Notes under the pieces: generated by a model
Told to the model about the DNA's origin: nothing
The model's input: the letters and a program-made list of their open reading frames with translations, nothing else
Database searches by the model: none
Made by a program: the position numbers and the translations under genes
Source of the DNA: Candidatus Micrarchaeota archaeon
GTDB taxonomy: Archaea; Micrarchaeota; Micrarchaeia; Anstonellales; Bilamarchaeaceae
DNA length: 46,175 nucleotides
Direction of reading: 5' to 3'
Assembly (NCBI GenBank): GCA_032123335.1
Contig: JAQBFN010000007.1
Coordinates: 1-46,175 of the forward strand
Shown: positions 29,161 to 38,608 of the stretch, piece by piece
How the letters are laid out: each line of letters starts with the position of its first letter
How positions within the stretch are numbered: the stretch's first letter is position 1

Positions 29161-29925
29161 CTACCCGGATACAACGCTGTAAATCGTAAACAGCCCGAGC
29201 AAAAGGGTTGCCCCCCCAATGTACACCGTAAGGTTCCTTGCATCAATTCTTTTCACAGTGTGCGCTGAAAACGGAACCGAGCACACAGAGCCCACAAGAA
29301 GCCAGGGCGCCAACTCCCACCCAACAATCCCGTTCATTGCAAAATAAAGCGAAACCGCGGCAACACTGGTTATCCCCTCCGCAAGCGTGGTTATCGCCAC
29401 CGCTTTCTTGCTGTCTATCCCAGCGAGAATCTGCCCGCTCACCACAAGCGGCCCATACCCTCCCCCGCTTATTCCCTTGTTGAATGCAGCCACGAGCCCC
29501 AGCACTCCAATCTTGAGCCAGGAGAAACTGCTCCGTATCTTGTGCCCAAAAATTATCAGCACGCCCATGAATGCAACCACAATCCCAATGTATATGCTCA
29601 CATACTCCGGAGGAAGCGTTATTGCAAGGTAAGTTGCAACAAGCACTCCCAGCACCCCGCACAAGGCAAGCATAAGCGCAACGGTAAGCGACCTTGACCC
29701 CCAATTGAAGTTTACATTTCCCACATGGTGGTGCATAAGAGCTGCAAACAGCCCCGCAATTACGTTGGAAAGCAGCACAGCCGGGACCGCCTGGAGCGGG
29801 CCGAACCCCATAATCAGTAGAACTGCGATCAGGGTGGTCCCATACCCCATCCCGAGCGTGGAATCTATGTATTCCGCGAAAAATGCAACGAGCAAGATCA
29901 ATATCCCAAGCTCCCAGCCAATCAT
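29161..29925 (-). CDS. TauE/SafE sulfite exporter family protein
   Basis: IDSTLGMGYG and ISGGGYGP repeated halves; about 8 TM segments. Confidence 0.88.
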   Translation of the reverse strand: MIGWELGILILLVAFFAEYIDSTLGMGYGTTLIAVLLIMGFGPLQAVPAVLLSNVIAGLFAALMHHHVGNVNFNWGSRSLTVALMLALCGVLGVLVATYLAITLPPEYVSIYIGIVVAFMGVLIIFGHKIRSSFSWLKIGVLGLVAAFNKGISGGGYGPLVVSGQILAGIDSKKAVAITTLAEGITSVAAVSLYFAMNGIVGWELAPWLLVGSVCSVPFSAHTVKRIDARNLTVYIGGATLLLGLFTIYSVVSG

Positions 29926-30028
29926 CTTTTAGGTTTTGGAGGGCAAGATTTTTGTATTCTTTGCCTTTTTTCTCAGAAGAGGCGCAAACCCAAACGATTT
30001 TTATACCTTTTTATCTCCAATATAGTCC

Positions 30029-33000
30029 ATGGTGAGGAATCTTCTCGTGTTCCTGGTTTTGATGGGTTTTGTTTTTTCGATACTGCCCCCGGTTGTTGCA
30101 ACGGTGGATTACTGTCAGGTGATTAATGCGCCTGGTGAGTATACGCTGACTAAGGACTTGACTGGGGTAAATGGCACAAATTCCTACTGCATCCGAATAG
30201 AGGTAGGAGATGTTATGCTTGACTGTGATGGGCACACCATTACGGGCACAGGTACAGGGGAAGGTGTCAACATCAAGAATTCATATCAGCCTAATGTAAC
30301 CGTGCAAAACTGCAACATCTCCCAATATAATTATGCTATTTACGGGGACTTAGTATGGAACGGCTCAATCCTGGATAATGACCTGTACGACAGCAACAAC
30401 AATAACCTCTACATTAGCGGCTCGTACAATAACATAGAAGGAAACCTCATCCACACGAGCGGAGCTGGGCAGGATGGCGCCGTTGTTAACGGGGATTCTA
30501 ATACCTTTACAGGAAACGAGTTTTACGGCAATGGATATGGGGGGCTGGAACTCAATGGAGAGAACAACCACATTGAAGACAATGAGGCACATGACAATGG
30601 TGGGTCCGGATTCAATGTAGACGGGAGCTTAAACGAGTTTATTGGAAACACCGCATATGGAAATGACTGGGAATATTTTGAAGGCGCAGGATTTGAATCC
30701 GATGGAGCAAACACATTCGATGACAATACTGCTTACGACAACACAAATGGTTTCTACCTAGTAGGGCCCCTTCCGGAGCCCGTAGCCCGCAGGATTCCAG
30801 TATTCGGAAACACCTTCACCAATAACTGGGCACATGGCAACCTGGTTGGATTGAACTTTATAGACAATAATGGAACTTACACGGACAACACCCTTGAGGA
30901 AAACTATGAAGCAGATATGCTCATGGGGGGTGACGCCTGGCTTGGAGTCATTCCACTTGGCTCTGATGCGCTCAGGGGCGCATCCATAGACTTTACTCTA
31001 ATCTGTGACAACACGGTTGAGCGCAATACTGGTTCAGGCGCAAGGCCAATCTACTATTCCGGGGAAACCGTGACACTCAACGGAGGAACCTACTCAGAAG
31101 TTCTCCTCTGCAACGCAGTCAACTCAGTAATTACCGGGGTTACCGTAGATGGTTCCAATACCCTGAACAACAACGGAATGCTTCTTTTCCTCAGCAACGG
31201 CACAAAAATATCCGATTCCAAATCCCAAAACAACTTCATGGGCTTTGGGTTCGTGAGGAGCTCTGATGCTACGCTGAGCAACTCAAATAGTGATGGAAGC
31301 GGATTTGGAGTATTTTCAATGCAGACCATGAACCTGGCTATTGATGGGCTTACTTCCAACAACAACAGGATGAACGCAACAATTATTCTGGACATACTAA
31401 TGGGCTTCCTTGGAGGCGGCCCGCTTGCAGGGGAAGTTACCCTAAGGGCACCCGCGCCTGAAATCAATGAACTGGGCGCAGGAGCAGTGCTTATCCAGAG
31501 CCCCCGCGCAACCATTACAGATTCCACATTCTCAGGAAGCACTTTCGGGCTTGCTCTAATGATGAGTGATGAAGCAACAATCAGCGGAGGAAGCGCCCAC
31601 ACAAACGATGTGTTCGGATATGGGCTGCTTGATTCCTACAACGTTAATTTTGAGTCTTTCGCGTTAGCCTACAATAATGCCGGGGACATCCATGATATTT
31701 TTATAGGTACGGTTCCTCCTGCATACGAGATGCTTGAGTTCCTCCCATTCGGGGTGGGTGTGCTGGACATCAGCCTAGGTATGATTCTTGAGCCGGTCAC
31801 CGCAAGAGGCGAACCCCTCAGAGCACTGACTACCTGCTGGTCATACAACCAATGCGGCCTGGACAGGGGGATGATCTGCAACTTTGATACCCAGACCTGC
31901 GAAGAAGGAATCTTTGAGAACACTTATTCAAACATGAGGGTATACAACAACCACTACGGAATGGTTCTGTTCAACCTTGGCCATGAATTGGTAGACGGAT
32001 GCAGGGTTTACGACAACCATGTATTCGGGCTGCTCGATGCTTCGGATCCTGTGTCCTTCATGCCATTGAGCGCAATCGTTCTCGAGCCAAATGTAGAATC
32101 AGTGACCATCCGGAACTCTTACTTCTACAGGAACGGGGAGCAGATGTTCTCAGTTCTTTCCGAGCTATATGAGGAGGGGGACAAACCCGCATGGGCTGAG
32201 GCCTTCGCGCTCTTTGATTCGGTAATCCCTACCGGAGTCCTTGAGCTGGAAATCATTGAAGCAAGCTACTTTAACTCGATGATTTTGCCTCTGACCGCAC
32301 TGGAGTATGCAGGAGAATGGAAGCTTGAAGAAACAACGGTTGGAACCGGCGCATCCTCCGTAAGGATGTCTCTTGATGACAATGCAACTGCAATCTACCT
32401 AGTCCATGACACCACGCTCCCAACAGTAAACTCCATACACATGGAGAGCGAAGACCTTGGAGTAAACATGACCATTTACCTGGACATAGACGACACCTTT
32501 GTCGGGCCAAGGAGTTCTTACAATAATAAATACTTTACAATAGCGGCCCTGACTGAGAGCGTGGTCCTGGCTGCCCCAGTATCACCTACTATCGAGAAGT
32601 TCATAGTGCACTACAGCCCTTCAGGAGGCTATGACCCGGAAACCATGGGTCTCTATTACCTGCAGATACGGGAGATTGTTCCGTATTGCGAAGAGGATAT
32701 TGAGTGTGATAGGGGACAGGTGTGCTCTCAGAATACGTGCATCACACCCGAGTGTTATACAGATGAGGACTGCCCCCCTGTAGTGGCGGCAGATGCGCCT
32801 CAAGAATACTGCGTGGATTACATGTGTGTGTACTGCCGCGATGATGCGGATTGTGCCGGGGGCGAGGATTGCTCCAGATGCATGAATGGAAAATGCAAGC
32901 AAAACGCGTGCCTTGGAGATGTAGACTGCCTTGAGGGATGCGAGTGCGAAGCCAACCTCTGCAGCCTCCCAAGGATTGCAAGCGCGGATGGAAGCTGTGG

Positions 33001-34009
33001 AGCCCCCATAGACGATTATGTATTGCTAAGGGGCGCAGTTGAAGAGCAGGAAGTAATAATGAAAGCAAGGTGGGTCCCAGTCGCTGGCCAGATAAACAAT
33101 GATACTGAAAAGACAATAACGGTCTATGACTTTGCCCAGACCGACCAGACCGAATTCCTTGAAATGATTCTCGGAAGCCTTCCAGTGGCGGCCGATCCGG
33201 TAGAATACAGCCTTTACTTTGACATTTACGGGCTCTTTGCAGTTCGTGAGCCGGTGCAGCCAGGCGGAGGGGATGGGAAGCCGGACTATGTATGCGAAGA
33301 GGATGTAGACTGCCCTGAATGCTACTACTGCAGCATCGACAACAACGCGTGCCTCCCCAAGAGTGATGTTGAATGCGGAGTCCCGGGAACCGGATGCTCA
33401 AATGGTTATGAGTGTGTGGCATGCGAGTGTGTCAAAGAAGCAGAACCTCCCGAAGAAGAGTGCGAAATTGACAACGATTGCCCGGGCAACGAGTACTGCG
33501 ATGATGGGGAATGCATGCTTGTTCCGTGCGATTGCGGAGAAGTAAAAGACCACGAATGCATCGCGCACCCGTGCTGCTCAAACGATGACTGCGATGCAGG
33601 CCTTGTATGCAAGGACAACAAGTGCGTAGAGGCAGAAGCGGAATGCACTGACTGCGATGAGCCAATTGCAGAGGCTGAAAACCTTATTAAAGATGCAAAA
33701 GAGAAGGGACTTGATACCTCCGTAGCTGAGAGGCTCCTTGCAGATGCAAAGGAAGCAAAGGCGAACGGAGACTGCGAGGAAGCACTCAAGTTTGCAAATG
33801 CTGCCCTTGCAGCTGCGGAAGACCTGTTTGGTGAAGAAGTCACATTCCCGCCGGTCATCTCAACCGAAGTGCCTTCAGTTGAATCGCCACAGCAGCCAAA
33901 CGGAACTGAAGTATCAGACTGGCAGCAGGATATCGCCTGGATAATCCTCATTATCCTGGGTCTTGCACTTGTAGGCTTCTGGTGGTTCAGGAACTATTAC
34001 GGGAAATAG
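30029..34009 (+). CDS. large cell-surface protein (parallel beta-helix, Cys-rich repeats, C-terminal TM anchor)
   Basis: Signal peptide; PG.Y.LT.D and LDCDGHTITG NosD-like start; Asn/Gly beta-helix repeats; many C..D.DC repeats; C-terminal WIILIILGLALVGFWWF. Confidence 0.85.
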   Translation: MVRNLLVFLVLMGFVFSILPPVVATVDYCQVINAPGEYTLTKDLTGVNGTNSYCIRIEVGDVMLDCDGHTITGTGTGEGVNIKNSYQPNVTVQNCNISQYNYAIYGDLVWNGSILDNDLYDSNNNNLYISGSYNNIEGNLIHTSGAGQDGAVVNGDSNTFTGNEFYGNGYGGLELNGENNHIEDNEAHDNGGSGFNVDGSLNEFIGNTAYGNDWEYFEGAGFESDGANTFDDNTAYDNTNGFYLVGPLPEPVARRIPVFGNTFTNNWAHGNLVGLNFIDNNGTYTDNTLEENYEADMLMGGDAWLGVIPLGSDALRGASIDFTLICDNTVERNTGSGARPIYYSGETVTLNGGTYSEVLLCNAVNSVITGVTVDGSNTLNNNGMLLFLSNGTKISDSKSQNNFMGFGFVRSSDATLSNSNSDGSGFGVFSMQTMNLAIDGLTSNNNRMNATIILDILMGFLGGGPLAGEVTLRAPAPEINELGAGAVLIQSPRATITDSTFSGSTFGLALMMSDEATISGGSAHTNDVFGYGLLDSYNVNFESFALAYNNAGDIHDIFIGTVPPAYEMLEFLPFGVGVLDISLGMILEPVTARGEPLRALTTCWSYNQCGLDRGMICNFDTQTCEEGIFENTYSNMRVYNNHYGMVLFNLGHELVDGCRVYDNHVFGLLDASDPVSFMPLSAIVLEPNVESVTIRNSYFYRNGEQMFSVLSELYEEGDKPAWAEAFALFDSVIPTGVLELEIIEASYFNSMILPLTALEYAGEWKLEETTVGTGASSVRMSLDDNATAIYLVHDTTLPTVNSIHMESEDLGVNMTIYLDIDDTFVGPRSSYNNKYFTIAALTESVVLAAPVSPTIEKFIVHYSPSGGYDPETMGLYYLQIREIVPYCEEDIECDRGQVCSQNTCITPECYTDEDCPPVVAADAPQEYCVDYMCVYCRDDADCAGGEDCSRCMNGKCKQNACLGDVDCLEGCECEANLCSLPRIASADGSCGAPIDDYVLLRGAVEEQEVIMKARWVPVAGQINNDTEKTITVYDFAQTDQTEFLEMILGSLPVAADPVEYSLYFDIYGLFAVREPVQPGGGDGKPDYVCEEDVDCPECYYCSIDNNACLPKSDVECGVPGTGCSNGYECVACECVKEAEPPEEECEIDNDCPGNEYCDDGECMLVPCDCGEVKDHECIAHPCCSNDDCDAGLVCKDNKCVEAEAECTDCDEPIAEAENLIKDAKEKGLDTSVAERLLADAKEAKANGDCEEALKFANAALAAAEDLFGEEVTFPPVISTEVPSVESPQQPNGTEVSDWQQDIAWIILIILGLALVGFWWFRNYYGK

Positions 34010-34098
34010 CATTTCCCCCTTCTTTTTCTCTTTTTATCCACCCCCCAGCTTTAGCCAGCATTTAAATTTTTTGGCTTTGATACGCAATAGGTGGTTTG

Positions 34099-34518
34099 AT
34101 GAAAAACAAGTTACTCGCAATCCTATTTGGAATTATCTGAGTGATATTTGTAGTCGCTTGCCTGTATGTAGGGGTGACCTATCTCGGCTTCATAGGAAAA
34201 GCCCTGATTGAGTTCTTTAGCGCCGGGAACATCCAGTCAATGAACGAATGCGGAATTACAACCCCGCAGGAATTCGTAGACATAAGGAACGCGCTCCCGA
34301 CAACGCTGCTTCCGGCAATTTACATTGGAATCCCGGTCTCGCTTATCCTGATTTCAGCACTGATGTTCTTCAGCGGCTATTTCTTCGGGAAGCACACGGT
34401 AATAGAAGACCTGGATTCCCACGTAAGGCGCGAAGAGGAGATAGAGAGTGAGGTGCAGAAGCGCACCGGCGGCAAGAAGGAAAAGCACGAGAAAAAGGAA
34501 ACAAAGGGAAAGAAATAA
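34099..34518 (+). pseudogene. two-TM membrane protein gene interrupted by an in-frame TGA (34138-34140)
   Basis: SD AGGTGG plus ATG 34099 gives MKNKLLAILFGII*VIFVVACLYVG..., continuous with ORF 34141..34518. Confidence 0.6.
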
Positions 34519-34555
34519 GAGGAGGAATAACCCTCCCTTTAATTTTCTTTATTCT

Positions 34556-35218
34556 TCAAGTCTGCTCAACACAGGTTTTATCCGCCACAATCTTCCCCAC
34601 ATAATACCGGTTCTCTTTCTCAGGAATCCATTCAAGGCAGGTTTTTCCATCCCAGTCAAGTGTCTTGCACTTGTACTCAGATGTGAAAGTCCCTGTATCG
34701 CCAGTATCAGCATAAATCACTAAATCTTCAGGAGCATTTGGCACAGTTATCCTGAGCTTTGCCAGCTGGCTGTGGGTCCAGGAGGGCTTCTCCCCGCACT
34801 CTTCGCATTCCGCATCAAGCGCAATATCCTCCACAAGCACCGTTGCACCGGAAGGAAGGCTCAGGGTTTCCCCAATCTCAACCTCCTCCCCATATACTAC
34901 CTGCTTGTCCCCTTCATCGTCACAGTAGTTAGAATCCTCAGTGCAGATTGCAATCTCCACCTGCCCTGTAAGCGTTATGGGAACGCAAACAATCGGCTCC
35001 ACCTCAGGCTCTTCTTCCAGTGTTTCATTCTGCCCTTCTTCTGCAGGAGCCTCTTCTTCAGCAACAGGCTCCCCCCCAGGCTCTGCAACCGTCTCGTTCT
35101 CCGGATGCACTTCCTGAGGCTCTCCAGGAGTTTCAGCTGCTGTGGGGGCTTCTTCAGAAGGGCAACCAAAAGAAAACAAAAGCACCAACCCAAGGAACAT
35201 GAAAATCATTTTGTTCAT
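34556..35218 (-). CDS. acidic lipoprotein, hypothetical
   Basis: LFSFGC lipobox, Glu/Pro-rich linker, Cys-containing C-terminal domain. Confidence 0.8.
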   Translation of the reverse strand: MNKMIFMFLGLVLLFSFGCPSEEAPTAAETPGEPQEVHPENETVAEPGGEPVAEEEAPAEEGQNETLEEEPEVEPIVCVPITLTGQVEIAICTEDSNYCDDEGDKQVVYGEEVEIGETLSLPSGATVLVEDIALDAECEECGEKPSWTHSQLAKLRITVPNAPEDLVIYADTGDTGTFTSEYKCKTLDWDGKTCLEWIPEKENRYYVGKIVADKTCVEQT

Positions 35219-35257
35219 GGAATGGTTAGTTCTTGGAAAATTATTTAAAGAAAACCC

Positions 35258-35524
35258 TCATTTCTTCCCCTTCTTATTGAAGAAGCTCTTGGTCATATGT
35301 AGAATCCAGCCCCAGTGAAGCACGATGTGCAGGAGCACCAGCAGGGCCATCACCACCCCGCTAAAATCATGCAATGGAGTGATCACATCGAATGGAAGGC
35401 TTTTGTAGTTCATCCCAAGGTTCTGCACCAATCCGGGCATCTTGAGTATCCCGGTAACTGCCACACAAAGAAACGAGATAAATAAACCTAAATCAATAAT
35501 GTAATTTACTGTGGCCCGGTTCAT
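35258..35524 (-). CDS. DUF4405 family small membrane protein
   Basis: NY.ID..L......TG, LHD.SG....LV.LH..LHW.W motif. Confidence 0.85.
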   Translation of the reverse strand: MNRATVNYIIDLGLFISFLCVAVTGILKMPGLVQNLGMNYKSLPFDVITPLHDFSGVVMALLVLLHIVLHWGWILHMTKSFFNKKGKK

Positions 35525-35558
35525 GCTCGTATAACTAAGAAAAGGTTTATTAGAGAAG

Positions 35559-35630
35559 CGCTCTGGCCGGGAATTGAACCCGGGTCGTCGACTCGACAGG
35601 CCGAAATGCTAACCACTACACCACCAAAGC
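35559..35630 (-). tRNA. tRNA-Asp (GTC)
   Basis: Reverse complement GCTTTGG...TCGGC-CT GTC GA-GTCGA...GGTTCAATTCC...CCAGAGC-G. Confidence 0.95.
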
Positions 35631-35684
35631 AAAGGGATGACTTCTATTTATTTTACATAATCTTAATAAAGCTGCCGTCTTCTC

Positions 35685-36782
35685 TCAGGATAACAGGTAT
35701 GTGCTTGCCATATACAGGAACAGCAGGAACAGCACAATCCCGGAAAGAAGATGAATCAGCTTTATGTACTTTTCTTTTGCTTCCCCAACTTTTTCTACAG
35801 TTGTATAGCCGAAGTAAACTGCCCCCGAGATAATAACCATGGGGAGCACAAAAATCACATTATAGAGCAAAAGATAGAATATCGCATTCAGGGTAACCGC
35901 CTTGGAAATAATCGCCAAAATCACCAGGTACGGCCCGGAGGAGCAGGGCAAAAGGAAAAGCGAGCAGAATAGTGCAGCAAGAGCAACTCCCGGAATTGAA
36001 GTGGCTCCCTCAATTGCCTTTTTTGCATGGGGCCTAATGAACATTGGCATCTCAACCGCAAAGAACCCGGGGTGGTAGCTCAGGTACGCGTTAATCTCCA
36101 TTATGGAAAGTATCAGAAGCCCAACCGTTGCTGCACTGAAGAAGAAGTTAGTAAGCTCAGGATTTCCCATAACATGCAGTATTCCAAGCCCCAGCAGGAT
36201 ATAGCAGATAAATATTACGAATATGAACGTCAAAGCTGCAAGGAGCATCTTCTTCCGCCCCTCTGAAATAAGGATAAGGCTCAGCATCATCACCATAACT
36301 GCAATTGTGCAGGGATTCAATGAGTCCACAAGTGCAGCAGCCACAAGCCCCCAAATTGTAAGCGCCTGGAACTCATCTGTTTCCTCAATGGGGCTGACAT
36401 CGGGTTCATATTCCGAGTCTATTGTGTTTTTTGTGAATACCCCTTCAGGACACTCCCCGTCAAGGCAGTCATCCAGCAGGTTTCTCCACTGCTCTTCGGT
36501 AAGCTCCCCTATTATCAGCGCTTTTCCATCAACAAGCAGGGTGGGCACCCCACCTTTGTTAGGGTCCTGCCCGAATTCCGTGTATGCCTCGAACATTTCT
36601 GCCCGGTTTTCTGCATTTGAGGAAACTTCCTTTTCTATAAGTTCGATTTCATATTCGCTGCCCAGCTCAACCAAAAGGGCCTTTGTGCTCGCGCAATGCG
36701 GGCAGGTGGAGCCATAATAATCAATAACCTGAATGGCAAAAACACTTGAAAGCAGCAAAAGCGCAAACAGGATTCTTTTCAT
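35685..36782 (-). CDS. exported glutaredoxin-like domain fused to CcdA/DsbD-like membrane domain
   Basis: Signal peptide, CPHC, GVPT; then DSLNPC and LPCSSGPY transmembrane Cys pair. Confidence 0.85.
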   Translation of the reverse strand: MKRILFALLLLSSVFAIQVIDYYGSTCPHCASTKALLVELGSEYEIELIEKEVSSNAENRAEMFEAYTEFGQDPNKGGVPTLLVDGKALIIGELTEEQWRNLLDDCLDGECPEGVFTKNTIDSEYEPDVSPIEETDEFQALTIWGLVAAALVDSLNPCTIAVMVMMLSLILISEGRKKMLLAALTFIFVIFICYILLGLGILHVMGNPELTNFFFSAATVGLLILSIMEINAYLSYHPGFFAVEMPMFIRPHAKKAIEGATSIPGVALAALFCSLFLLPCSSGPYLVILAIISKAVTLNAIFYLLLYNVIFVLPMVIISGAVYFGYTTVEKVGEAKEKYIKLIHLLSGIVLFLLFLYMASTYLLS

Positions 36783-36845
36783 CTTTCTCACTTCATATTC
36801 AATATTTAAAAAATTACTTCTTCTCTATGGCACTATCCGTTGTAT

Positions 36846-36941
36846 TCCCTCCAGTGTGATTTGAACACACGACCTGTCGGTTTCTGCTATTAAGCAGATA
36901 TCAAGCTACAGCCGACCGCTCTACCACTGAGCTATGGAGGG
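36846..36941 (-). tRNA. tRNA-Tyr (GTA) with 24-nt intron at 37/38 (36882-36905)
   Basis: C1-G72 acceptor CCCTCCA/TGGAGGG-A; GTCGG-CT GTA G^A-CCGAC; relaxed BHB helix CTGT/GCAG. Confidence 0.93.
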
Positions 36942-36979
36942 TTCGTGGAGAGATTAAAAGTAAAAAAGAATTTAAAAGG

Positions 36980-38608
36980 CTATCTCATTGTTCCAAGGAG
37001 GAACTTCTCAAGCTCAACCGGCTGCCAAACTTCCACTGCCTTTATCGCGAAATCCAGCTTTGCCTCGCTTTCCGCATATATATCGAAGAGAACATCTCCT
37101 TCCTTTACCTTGTCCCCCTTCAAACGGTGCAGGTAAATCCCTGCCCCCTTGTCCCGCGGGGCGCCCGCAGCCCTTGCAATCTTGCTCACCCCTTTATTGT
37201 CTATATGGCTGATTTTTCCGCTCTTTTCTGCAGTTATTGTGTGCTTGTACTGCCCAATCGGAAGGTCATCCTCCTTTATGTTCGGATTCCCGCCCTGCAG
37301 CTCAATAATCTCCTTCATTTTTCCCCATGCTTTTCCATTGGTGAGCATGAGTTCCGCAATGTCCCTTCCCTGCCCCTCGGGCACCTTTCCCACGAGCTCC
37401 AACAGCCTTCCCGCAATAAGCGTGCTCTTGTTCCTCAGGTCGTCCGGGCCCTTGCCCTGGAGCACTTCCATTACATCCTTGCATTCCAGCGCACACCCTA
37501 TTCCATTGCCCACCGGCTCTGCGCCATCCGTAATGAGGCTCTCCATGGTCATTCCGAGCCTCTTCCCAATCTTGATGAAGTCTGCACCCAGGGCTTCAGC
37601 CTTTGGCATATCCAGCACCTTTGCGCCCCTTCCAATGGGGATATCGATTACCACGTATTTCGCCCCAACCGCGCTCTTTTTCGCGAGTATGGATGCAAGC
37701 AGCATGCCTCTTGGGTCCAGGCTCATCGGGTGCCTCAGCTTAATGAGCTTGTCATCCGCAGCCGCAATGTTGGTTCCCCCTCCCCAAACCATCGCGCCCT
37801 TGCACTTGAGCACAATCTCCTTGAGCTCATGTATATTGAAATCAACATCCGCAAACACTTCCATAGTGTCTGAGGTTCCGGCAGCAGAGGTAATTGCGCG
37901 TGAGGAAGTTTTGGGCATATATATTCCTGAAGCTGCAATTATCGGAGTCACAACCATTGTGGTGCGGTTTCCCGCAACTCCCCCAATGCAGTGCTTGTCT
38001 GCCACAGGCCCTACTCCAATGTCCAGCTTTTCACCTGAATCCACAATCGCATTTGTAAGCGCAACCGTTTCATCCTCCCCAATCCCCCGGATATATACGG
38101 CCGCAATAAATGAAGAAAGCTCTGCCTCAGAAAGCCGGTTCCTCATGAGCTCATGCACCACAGTGTAAATCTGCTTGCTGGTGAGGCTCTCCCCATCCAG
38201 CTTCATTTTTATAAAATCCAGGCTTGCGGGCCTTTCCATGTGCTTTATGTGCAGAAGGTCCCCATCCTTCAGTTTCAGCTTGTCAGCAACATCCCTGAAA
38301 ATCCCGATTTCCCCCTTTTTCACCATCTCGCTGCTCAGGTCCACGATTGAAACTATCTCTTTGGAATCATAGTGCAGGTTCACCCTGTACCCATTATAAA
38401 TATCGTTCTCTTCCGCATCTTCCTCATTCAGCACAACAACATTCCTCCCGGTTTTAATGTCGATAAGCTTTACCTGGCAGATGCACTTTTTCTTTTCCCA
38501 GAGCTCCTTTTTCTTTTCCCTCTTCTCTTTTTCTTCCTGGCTCAGCACCATATCCTGGGTATTGTTCTTTATTTTTTCATTAACGCTAACCGGCTCCATT
38601 TTATTCAC
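36980..38608 (-). CDS. deoA: AMP phosphorylase
   Basis: Extra N-terminal beta domain; DKHCIGGVAGNRTT, PKTSSRAITSAAGT.D.ME, SILAKK, AGAP.DKGAG; start 38608 or 38599. Confidence 0.93.
   Translation of the reverse strand: MNKMEPVSVNEKIKNNTQDMVLSQEEKEKREKKKELWEKKKCICQVKLIDIKTGRNVVVLNEEDAEENDIYNGYRVNLHYDSKEIVSIVDLSSEMVKKGEIGIFRDVADKLKLKDGDLLHIKHMERPASLDFIKMKLDGESLTSKQIYTVVHELMRNRLSEAELSSFIAAVYIRGIGEDETVALTNAIVDSGEKLDIGVGPVADKHCIGGVAGNRTTMVVTPIIAASGIYMPKTSSRAITSAAGTSDTMEVFADVDFNIHELKEIVLKCKGAMVWGGGTNIAAADDKLIKLRHPMSLDPRGMLLASILAKKSAVGAKYVVIDIPIGRGAKVLDMPKAEALGADFIKIGKRLGMTMESLITDGAEPVGNGIGCALECKDVMEVLQGKGPDDLRNKSTLIAGRLLELVGKVPEGQGRDIAELMLTNGKAWGKMKEIIELQGGNPNIKEDDLPIGQYKHTITAEKSGKISHIDNKGVSKIARAAGAPRDKGAGIYLHRLKGDKVKEGDVLFDIYAESEAKLDFAIKAVEVWQPVELEKFLLGTMR

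Noticed and set aside
29940-29990. Fourth copy of the double-hairpin element (shares TTTCTCAGAAG with copy A)
   Set aside because: Hairpins are weak and the TCT..AGA-GA-17nt-AGA grammar is not met
34138-34140. Genome-wide TGA reassignment or selenocysteine
   Set aside because: TGA ends conserved genes at their expected C-termini; the site is in a TM helix and no SECIS was recognised
36846-36941. tRNA-Ile (GAT triplet inside the gene)
   Set aside because: GAT lies in the intron; anticodon arm geometry and C1-G72 identify Tyr(GTA)
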